Shown piece after piece: positions 54,401-64,000 of a DNA stretch of 64,000 nucleotides. The position numbers and the translations under genes were made by a program. This DNA is from Octopus sinensis. Taxonomy: Eukaryota. The stretch is from contig NC_042999.1 of assembly GCF_006345805.1 (NCBI RefSeq), forward strand, positions 90,644,001 to 90,708,000, given 5' to 3'. Every line of letters starts with the position of its first letter. Positions within the stretch are counted from its first letter, which is position 1. The notes beneath the pieces are model-generated. The model was given only the letters and a program-made list of their open reading frames with translations, did no database searches and was not told the origin of the DNA.

Positions 54401-55769
54401 ACAGCGAAAGACAGTGAGATAAGCAAAACAATATACAGCAACTGACGGATGAATTGGTTAACAGTTTTGATAACTTCGCACCATCGAACAAACCTATTTC
54501 GTCTACTTCGTCATGCAATGATGTAGTTTCTGATGATAGTACGAAAAAGTGGTTGTGTTTCACTCCGACGCAAAGAAATGATTGCCAGTAATCTAGAATT
54601 GATAAGGACCCAACAAAATTAGATCTAGCCTCAACACTCCTCTCTACAACATACAACATGATATAGAGACGTGTTCGAATTAGACCTGTAACAACAGAAA
54701 TTTGTATGGTTATGATGACACTAACAAGGACAATTACAACTCAATGCTTTACAGCTTGCCCAATATTTTAAACTCTAATAATTATAGACCAAAAGTTATT
54801 GACATGTCTATTTTCTGTAGATTTTGTCTGTAGCGTGACTATTTTCCGCTTACATAGCTGGGCACATACTCATTCAAACGCAAGTTCTTGTACATATTAA
54901 TGAAAGAAGTAAGTACATGTAGTATGTTCCAATAGAGATCTTAGGGCAGCTCGGCTGCAACCGTATTTCGAGGACATTTTTACCTTTTCATCTCTTCTAC
55001 AGAAACTTGTGACAGACTGTAAGCTTTAAAACCTACCAGTTCATACTTCCAAACAGTCAGAAGGCTACTGAAAATTTGTGCACACCTTGAAATCATATGG
55101 TTCATGTCTATTTTAATAATTCAAAAACCGTTTTGTGATTTTATTGCTATATCGCGTGACCGCCAGCTGATTACATCAAACGGTTTTTATACCTCATCTA
55201 CCAAGCTATGATAACACAAAATTTGCGTTTAACAAGGAATAAATTAATAGTTTGACTACTAAAGCGTCAAGTGATATGTTTACCTCATTGTTTTACCGTT
55301 GGAGACTTAGACATTTGACAATTGAGACTTACACGTCAGCATTCAGATTTAATAGTTTACTTGTGCAGTAGTAGACAAAGATAGTCAGAGCAATCACCCT
55401 TGCAAGTATATGGAAAAGAGAACTGGCGAATTTCCTTGTCTCTCTTTAGTTATTTGTGAGCAATACACTCTTTAAATAATACGGTTGAGACTCAGGGGAT
55501 TCCAGCACGTGTTTTTTTTTTTTGCCAAAGTCGAAGAAAGCGCTGTTAAGATAACTCTCTCCTGCTGCTTAATGTGAGGGACTGTGACAGTTTACTTCAA
55601 GCTGTTCATGTCTGTATATTTTATCACGTGCCTATTGTGAAAAGTTGAAAGAGCTGCATGTATAAAACTGAGTTTTTACCCCATAAATTACAATAATCTT
55701 CAGCATGCGTTGACCGTTTAACTCAGACACGTGGTTTCTCTTCATCTTTTCTCTCTCCTCTTCTAACCA

Positions 55770-55802
55770 TTCTGTAGAAGAGCAAGGGCTCGAAACATCG
55801 AA
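55770..55802 (+). ncRNA. Hammerhead-like motif with A6U
   Basis: CTGTAGA-A-GAGC-AAGG-GCTC-GAAA-CA-TC; stem I is poor. Confidence 0.4.
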
Positions 55803-57092
55803 GACTTCTTTCATTTTTCCTGACCGTTAATGAAAATACACCGTTTTTATTGTTCTTTCAGCTCATCTTTGAGCATCCTAATTTTGGACTATATAATCTT
55901 AAGTATAGTTAGACAGTACAAAGTATGAGCGGTATAATGTAGTGTGCAGTTTTAAAAATTCCTGAACATCCTAGTGGTATATGCTGGCACAACATGGATA
56001 TACACTTTAAGTATCAGCTACCATGTCCCAGTGAAAAACAAAAAAAGAGGATCAAAATAAGTGGTGGGAACACCAACCAGAATCTGAATATTAGAGTTAG
56101 CCTGTTATATCAACCAAAAAACCCAACCACAGTTGAGTATAAAGGGTGGATAGAAGGTTAAAATTCGAAGTTTTCTATCTCTCAATATGAATATTCTGAC
56201 TAGAACGAGGCAATCACTTATTGCATTCCTTATGCAGAGTCAGAAATCCGGGATCTGGAATTATCCAGTAATTTTTTTTGTAAGTTTATTTTGACTTTTT
56301 GTATGTATCCCTTAACACGGCTTTTCTGCATTTACAGAGGTTACCAAACTGCTTTACACAGGATCTTGTTTTTAGGAATTCCCAATAAGATATGAATACT
56401 CAAATTGCGAAGTCAGTTATGTAATAACATGAAATGAATTCAAATAAAGTAGCCCTGAAAAGAGATTCAATACGTTCCCAGAGTATACAGAACTTAAGAG
56501 GAAATACTAATAAGGTATACTAAAATCGTGAAGGGTGTCACGTAATAACAGGCTAATCAGATATGAGATAATAACGATTCAATGTAAATAACTCTGAAAA
56601 AGGCTTTTGTGCGTTCGCAGAGAATATTACCCTCAGTGGCGTTATTGTTGTTTTATTCGTGAATAAGTGTGTCTTTTGTTTAGGAAAGTACTATTTACTT
56701 GTTTAAGTGTTGTACTGAATAAATTGAGAAAATAACTCAAATAGTTCAAATACTAAGAAATAAGCATAGTCGATTAAATTGCCCTTGGATGTTTAAAAAT
56801 TATATATTAGTTATATACACTAGATATAAGAATCCCTTCCAGGGGCTCTATAATCGATATTTTCAATAAGTATGTCACTTTTCATGTAAGAGCTTTACTC
56901 ACGTGTCAAGTTTCATTAAATCGATAAAACGATGTAGGAGGAGTTAGATAACAACCTCACAAGCAAACACACCCACAAATTTCCACATATGTAGTATATA
57001 TATATACACGCACACACACATACACACAAACACACACACATGCACACACACACACATGCGCACACACACACACACACACACACATAAATCGT

Positions 57093-57249
57093 AGGTGTGA
57101 CTGCGTGGTAGGAAGCTTGCTTTCGAAACACATGGTTCTGAGTTTAGTCCCACTGCATGGCACCTTTAGCAAGTATCTTCTCCTATAGCCTTGGGTTGAC
57201 CAAAGCCTTGTGAGTGGATTTAGCAGACGGAAACTGAAAGCTCGTCGTA

Positions 57250-57250
<1 letters not shown>
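57093..57250 (+). mobile_element. SINE family C, 5' half
   Basis: Homologous to 59761-59925. Confidence 0.85.
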
Positions 57251-57291
<41 letters not shown>

Positions 57292-57295
<4 letters not shown>

Positions 57296-57800
57296 GTCAT
57301 CCCATAAATAATGCAGTTTTATGCTTCTTTTATTTTTCAAAATTAAGATAAACAAATTTCATTTTTGATCTAAAACATAATGTCCTTCATTTTCTACAAT
57401 GCCCTTCCATCTATCTGGTAGGCCCCTCTTCCAGAGTTCACTTGTCCGTGACAAAAACACTCCTCCACTGCTGTTCTGTTCTCGTCTGCAGAGTTCATAT
57501 TTTTTCCGTCCAAATGATTTTGAAGTTTGCGATATAAATGATAATCAGATGGGGCAATGTCCGGCAAATGTGGTGGGTGGGACATCAAACTGCTCAAGCC
57601 TTTGGAATGTCATCCTCGCTGTACGTGGCCGAGCATTATCCTAATGGAAGAACTCCTTTCGTCTTGAAAACAAAGATAGTCGTTTTTTTTTCTAGCGCTG
57701 ACTTAAACCGCTCAAGCTACTCGAAGTAGATCTCCTTTGTTATCGTTTAGTTCGGGTTTAAAAGTTGAAAGTCGACTAAACTTTTCATATCCCACCAAAC
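57292..57800 (-). mobile_element. Mariner transposon 3' remnant with one TIR
   Basis: DNARP, HPPHLPDIAPSDYHLYRKLQNHLDGK; terminal TA-TTGGGTCATCCCATAAATAATGC. Confidence 0.9.
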
Positions 57801-57809
57801 AGATAACAA

Positions 57810-58492
57810 CACCTTACATGACATTTTAGCCCAGCTAAAGATCTACAATGTCTTGTACAGAAACAGCAGCTAAAACCTTTACCGGCAATAACCAGCTGTA
57901 GTTGTAACTGGGCTTCATGTACCTTTGCATGTCATTTAAGTCCACCTGCCAAATTACACTCCCTTCTACATACCTGACAAATATGATTAGTATGGTGTGT
58001 AGCACCACCACCAGTGGCCTTGTTTTCAATCATCTGTCTCGCTTTATGACTACGAAGATGACTCTTGAGTCCAGTTTTACTGAGGCAGAGTCTTGCACAG
58101 ACACTGCATGTCAGCATCATAGGAAGGCCCTTACCATCTGGAAGTGCAACAGTGACATCCTTCCTGACATCCCTCCTCTCATGCGCAACTCGAGATTTCT
58201 CAAAAGTAGCTATCCCCTCGTGCACAATTCTTCTCCACTAGCTACGGACAATAGTTATGCCCTCCCATGTGGCAAATAGGGTCGGTGCCAGAATATCCCC
58301 CTGTTTCACTCCATTTTGCATTGAGATAGGCTCCGACATTTTCCCTCAAACATTCACCCTACCCTTTATGTCTTCATGAAAAGACCTAACCAAAGCAAGC
58401 AGGTTTTTAGAACACCCAAGTTTCTGGAGGACTTTCCACAGTGCATTTCTATCAACGGTATCAAAAACTTTTGCCAGACCCAGTAGAGGTAA
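57810..58492 (-). mobile_element. RTE-type LINE remnant with large internal deletion
   Basis: LAKVFDTVDRNALWKVLQKLG…GVKQGDILAPTLF joined directly to the C-terminal CSVCARLCLSKTGLKSHLRSH and CQVCRREC zinc fingers. Confidence 0.85.
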
Positions 58493-58793
58493 GACGTTAT
58501 TATACTTCACTGATGTTTTTTCCTATCATGTCTGTAATAAATTTGTGACTATTCGGTGGTACAGAAGTATTTTTTGACTTCTATTTTTTAGCAATGTAGG
58601 TGCTCATGTAGTGCCCTTGTGTATATATGTACATATCTAAAATTGTATGTATATATTCTATTAATTTTACCTGTACGGCTGATAATTCGCTTGTAACTCG
58701 TGATGGTATTTTAATAATACCATCCCTATATTTATTTATAAATAATTAACGAACCTTTGCAGGCTTGATGGGGGAGAATTTTAGTAGTAATTA

Positions 58794-58870
58794 GCTGGTA
58801 GACTTTGGCTGATGAGAAATCAGGCACCTATTTGGCGCTAAATTTCGAAACCGGTACCAAGCTGACCAGC
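58794..58870 (+). ncRNA. Canonical type I hammerhead ribozyme
   Basis: GCTGGT-AGAC-TTTGG-CTGATGA-GAAAT-(21 nt)-ATTTC-GAAA-CCGG-TA-CCAAG-CTG-ACCAGC; all core nucleotides present; GUA cleavage predicted after 58856. Confidence 0.85.
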
Positions 58871-59020
58871 ATTTACTTGTTCTGACGTTATTATTGTCCA
58901 CTGAGGTTTTTTCCTATCATGTCTGTAATAGATTTGTGACTATTCGGTGGTACAGAAGTATTTTTTGACTTCTATGTTTTAGCGATGTAGTGCCCTTGTG
59001 TATATTATGTAAACGATAAA

Positions 59021-59326
59021 CGTCGCTCTTTTCAAGCCTAACCGGGCTCATAGGTCCGGTTCCCCGGTTTCTGTGGCGTATGCGTTCCTCCCAGCAGAAC
59101 GGGACGCCAGTTCATCGCAGCGTTACTCAAGAAACAGGAAAAGAGAGAGTGAGAGAAAGTTGTGGCGAAAGAGTACAACAGGGGTCACCATCCCCCTCTG
59201 CGGTGAGTCGTGGAGCTTTTTAGATGTTTTCGATCAATAAATACACACACCGCCCGGTCTGAGAATCGAAACTGCGATCCTCCAACCGCGAGTCCGCTGC
59301 CCTAACCACTGAGCCATTGCACCTCC
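59021..59326 (-). mobile_element. SINE family B inserted in the second repeat of the HHR unit
   Basis: Reverse complement of the family B consensus; GTGTATAT on both flanks. Confidence 0.9.
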
Positions 59327-59760
59327 ACGTGTATATATGTACATATCTAATATTGTATGTATGTATGTATGTATGTATGTATGTATGTATGTATGTATGT
59401 ATGAGTGTATCTCGGTATGTACTTCTGTCTTCGTGTCTGTGTTTGTCCCCCACCACCACTTGAGAACTAGTAGCAGCGTGTTTACGTCCCCATGACTTAG
59501 CGGTTCCACCCCAGTTCTTTTTTTTAACCTAGCACTTATTCTATCGGTCTGTTTTGCTGAACTCTTACGTCACAGAGACGTAACCACGCAAACACCAGTA
59601 GTCAAGCGGTAGTGACATACACACACACGTGCGCGCGCACACACACACACACATTGATACTGACACAGGTACAGACACACACAAATGAGACGATATATAT
59701 ATATCTATGTATTTATATATATATATATCTTTCTCCCTTTCTCTTTATATATATGTATAG

Positions 59761-60142
59761 GCGCAGGGGTGGCTGTGTGGTAAGTAGCTTGTTAACCAAC
59801 CACATGGTTCCGGGTTCAATCCCACTGTGTCGCATCTTGGGCAAGTGTCTTCTGCTATAGCCCCGGGTCGACCAATACCTTGTGAGTGGATTTGGTAGAC
59901 GGAAACTGAAAGAAGCCTGTCGTATATATGTATATATATATATATATGTGTGCATGTGTGTGTGTTTGTGTACCTGTGTTTGTCCCCCTAGCACTGCTTG
60001 ACAACCGTTACTTAGCGGTTCGGCAAAAGAGACCGATAGAATAAGTACTGGGCTTACAAAGAATAAGTCCCGGGGTCGATTTGCTCGACTAAAGGCGGTG
60101 CTCCAGCATGGCCGCAGTCAAATGACTGAAACAAGTAAAAAG
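59761..60142 (+). mobile_element. SINE family C, near full length
   Basis: tRNA A/B boxes, CTTGGGCAAGTGTCTTC CORE-like segment, internal TA/TG, tail GGCGGTGCTCCAGCATGGCCGCAG…TGACTGAAACAAGTAAAAAG. Confidence 0.9.
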
Positions 60143-60992
60143 AAAAAAAAAAGAAAAAATAATACTACCCCCCCTCCTCCTCCTACTACTAATGATAATA
60201 GTAATAAAAACTACAACAACAATAATGATTATGAATTTCATGTTGCCTGGGACCTCGGGGTTCGCCTAACGCCATTAGGTCCCAGACGTTACGAACTTGA
60301 AAATAAATCTGTCAATATTAAGTAACTTCCCAATAGTAAATATTCAGTTGCTGTTCTTAAACTAGCTTTTAAACAACAGATTCAATTTAAGACACATATA
60401 TAATACGATGTGATATCTGTACGTATTTATATTCTCAGATATCAAAACACTGAGATATCGATAAGAAACCATAAAAGCTTTTGTATAAGATACGATGCCG
60501 ACTTTTGCCTGTTTAAATCACCGATTGCAATTTACTGTAACCTTTTAGCTATTTCTTGGCTGCTGACTTAAAATTTCATCAATGTCGTTTTAAGTATGTG
60601 AATTATTGAATTGACCGGGTTAGCTGTACTTTTAAACACTTCGCATCTCTCCTGATAGCTGACATTTTGTCCTTACCTATTGTTTTGGTATCACACATCA
60701 CATGACAAATGATGCATTATCAAACGCACTAGCTGCCATTCTTTACCAGGATACTGGTAAATATCAATGACTTGTGAAGCAGTAGTTTAATGAAATTAAA
60801 AGTTTTGATGAATTCAAAGATAATGAATAATTTATTACAGAGTTTATTTTTGTTGGTCTATTCTTTTTTATTTGATAATTAAAGAGAAATATTTGTTTAC
60901 ACATTCATCTCAAAACAATATTACCTGAAAAAATAAACAAAATCAAGCATTATTACGGTAGAGTGCAAATTCCACTATGAAAGGTAGAATAA

Positions 60993-61200
60993 TTATCTCC
61001 ACCTTAGCGAAGGCGGAGGTATTATTTCAGTTGTGTTTGCTTGTTTGTTTGTTTGTCAGTGGACAATATATCTCAAGAACTTCTGGATGGATTCGGATGA
61101 AACTTTCAGGGATGTTTGGCTTCGTGACTGTCACGGACTGATTATACTTTGGGATCGAGCCGGTACCGGACAATTATTTTGGATTATGTTTTATATTTTC
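60993..61200 (+). mobile_element. Helentron/HINE-like non-autonomous element, 5' part
   Basis: Subterminal hairpin CTCCACCTT-AGCG-AAGGCGGAG, (GTTT)n, then ATCTCAAGAACTTCTGGATGGATTCGGATGAAACTTTCAGG, the usual HINE layout. Confidence 0.6.
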
Positions 61201-62160
61201 TTTACTTTACATGTTTATGTAAAGTTTCTCATAGTTCTCTTGTACACGCACACATATACACACATTTTCAGCATTGAACATTACCATCACATTTCCATTA
61301 TAAACACACACACACACACACACACAAACGCGCACACACACACGCAAACATAGCTCTCTTTTACACACACATATACTCACACTTCAAACGACGTTTATCG
61401 GCTTTTTAACTCCTTCCGTCGTTATTCATCTATCACCCCTTCCTTTCTCATTCATACGACGCTCTTTTTGCCATTTATCTCCGCTGCTTTCACCTCTCAC
61501 TCCGGCGCTATTATATATATATACATTCTTTTCTCTACAACCATTCCCTTTTTTCTCTCCCTTTCTCTTACTTCTCCTCCTCCCTCCCGTCGTTGACCCG
61601 CGACGAGAACTCAGCTACTGTCTTTCTTCTCCTGGCTACCTTCAAGTAGAGACGGTACATCTGTTGCTCCCTCGCCGTTCTCAAAAAATAGCGTTCGTAA
61701 AAAATTTTATCTCGTTCGGCTTAACAGCCCTTCTTGTTTGTGTTACTGTTATTCTCCTTGTCCTGTCTTTTACTGCTTTTTTGTACTGTCGTAACTGTCC
61801 TGTTTTTGTTACCATTTTTACCCCTCCGCCAAAAAATCTCAAATTTTATTTAATTTGATTTTCGCGTGAAGGATTGTTTCATTAAAGTCATGTATCGCCT
61901 TGACCTTCGAAACGTAGATTAGATGAAACAAAGGCGACTGAAGAAGGGGAATTTTCCTTGTTTTGTATGTCCTGTACTCTATTTTTTCGTTGTTTAAGAA
62001 AAATGTCCATTTGCTTGGTTTTGTGTTTATGTTTTCGTTTCTCATTGTGCTCGACGTTTTTTTGGTGTCCTGTACCCATATATGCATGTATATATACATG
62101 TAGAGGTAGGTACGTACATATATGTATGTATATATGCATATGTTTTATTTATTTATTAAT

Positions 62161-62229
<69 letters not shown>

Positions 62230-62788
62230 ATTTGACATGGGCGATTCTTCTTGTCACGGTCAAACGGCTAGGTGAAACTGCGCGAAAAATTACACAGATG
62301 TGTAGAATGATTCGATGGTGATGCTGGGCTTTGTATTTTTTCATAGCTCCCATGGTTACAGAGATAATCTACTATAATAATACTCTTATGTTTATGAAAG
62401 AAAAAGGAAGGGGTGATAGATGAATAAGGAAGGAAGGGGTGATGTCATGCTTGGCTGTGGGATGATGAAAACTGTACACTGAAAACATAAATCAAACAGC
62501 GTTTCAACTCTGTGAATATATATGTGTGTATGTAAATGGGAGGTGATTATGTGAATGTGTGCGTGTGTGTGTGCTTGTGCGCGGGCAATGGAAGTGGGAT
62601 GGTTCATCTTTGTTCGCTTAGTGTTTGGGTTTATTTTTTGATTTGGTTCAATCTTGTTATTTTTGGTTGGTCAGTTATTTTTAGCGTATTGACAGAAAAA
62701 AGTCATTCTAAGATTGTTTTTTAACGTAAGCGTGCCCAAACAAGCCGAATGCTTACACAGAGCAGGTTTTACAGCCATACCATCCAAA

Positions 62789-62820
62789 CCGACTGGGTGA
62801 AACCGGGCTTAGCTGCTAGT
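62789..62820 (+). mobile_element. Helitron-like 3' terminus
   Basis: CCG-ACTGGGTGAAA-CCGG hairpin followed by CTAGT. Confidence 0.45.
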
Positions 62821-62827
62821 TGAAGAG

Positions 62828-62977
62828 GACCCCATCGGTTGCACCTAGTAAGTTACCCACCGAGGCACAAGTCCGGGCAAGGTTGTTTATAGAAGGCCAG
62901 CAGTCGCCCATGCATACCAGCCTCCCCTCTCCACACCACTGATATTATCCAAGGGAAAGGCAAAGACCGATACAGCT
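62828..62977 (-). mobile_element. SINE family D, 3' part
   Basis: Reverse complement of 30075-30254. Confidence 0.85.
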
Positions 62978-64000
62978 AAAGTTCAGTAGCATCATTGGCC
63001 TTGACGGGCCGAGCCACCGTAGCTTAGAAAAGTTAACCCACTCCTGCATACAGACAGTCAGAGGCTTCAAGTATTGTCTTAAAGTCGTTGTCGCAAGACG
63101 ACCGGAAAGTTATGGAAACTAGATATAAATGACCACCTAGCGGAGTGCATATGAGAATGAAGGGGTTAAAATGCCTGCCCAACTGAAAGATTACAAAATC
63201 CGGTCGCCCGCCCGCCCGCGTGTCATCAGGGTCATGTTTATTTGAAAATACGAAGTGAATCGATTGTGGAACAAAAAACTGAAAAAAGAAACCCCACGAA
63301 ACAAACAAATAAACAATAAATAAAAATAAAGCAAAATCTAGTTTGGTTGGGAGAAAATAAAAGGACGCTTCCACAAATTGCTCAAGCATAGATTATTACT
63401 AACAGCAACAGCCTCAACACAGCAAACAATAAAAAGCGTTCATGAAGAAAAATATGGGGATTTGGTCATGTTACCAATGTTCGTAATACCTTATGAAGGG
63501 TTAAAAAAATGATGAGATTATGTATATACATTTTATCTGGTTTTATTGTCTTCGTTTTTGATTACAACAATGACAGGATTTAAGAGTGACTATTTGAACT
63601 CGTGGTCTGGAGAGTTTCTGAAAATAATATCATCTTAATCGGGATGTGCTAGAATTTCCAGCACGAAGTTTCTCGTGGCCGACTACGAGATCTACATATT
63701 TTTATTGTTGGCCAGGTCGTGTGAAATGGTTGTGTTCTTTTGGAAACGTCATCTTATCGTGGTAAAATTCATCTTTACGAATCCGGATGATATGCTTGTG
63801 TGTCTAGATATGAGTTGATGTGATAGAGATGTTTTGAGATTGGTGTTTCGACGAGAGCAAAATGACTGAATTTCTTCAGACATGGAGATCTTCCTGGGTA
63901 CTACACAGTCATTACAATTTGTGTCATCCAGTTCGTAATTATATACGGTTTAGGGTAGTTTGTTAGATCACTGGATATCTACGGCTTAAGTTGTTCACGT

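Larger units (their letters stand above)
58493..59360 (+). mobile_element. 391-bp non-coding HHR-bearing unit with about 160-bp terminal redundancy (retrozyme/pLTR-like), interrupted by a SINE
   Basis: 58493-58650 recurs at 58884-59005 plus 59328-59360; the HHR lies between the repeats. Confidence 0.75.

Noticed and set aside
61865-61916. GAAGG…CCTTC-GAAACGTA
   Set aside because: The 3' half is HHR-like but there is no CUGANGA.
63037-63165. TTAA-CCC…GGGG-TTAA piggyBac-like MITE
   Set aside because: TIR similarity does not extend convincingly beyond 3 bp.
63846-63885. Minus-strand CTGAAGA…GAAAC
   Set aside because: No stem II pairing and no UH site.

Overview
AT-rich eukaryotic DNA, packed with microsatellites and retroelement debris. 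The SINE families and repeat style look like a coleoid cephalopod (Octopus-like); this is an inference from pattern recognition, not a database match. No prokaryotic features and no CRISPR. The only convincing host-type coding sequence is an intronless 279-aa CCDC42/CFAP73-like coiled-coil ORF (13232-14071), possibly a retrogene. Everything else identifiable is mobile DNA: R4/Dong-type RLE retrotransposons sitting in (TAA)n and in (TACA)n, two Penelope-like elements (RT + GIY-YIG), CR1-, RTE- and Tx1-like LINE remnants, four tRNA-derived SINE families, Tc1/mariner and hAT relics, and a 5S rRNA pseudogene. The main unexplained signal is a set of eight hammerhead-ribozyme (HHR) motifs found by eye. 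Two sets lie in small non-coding units with circular permutation or terminal redundancy: a 479-bp unit present as an inverted dimer (3804-4804) and a 391-bp unit with a canonical HHR (58493-59360). These resemble retrozymes or non-autonomous Penelope pseudo-LTRs.
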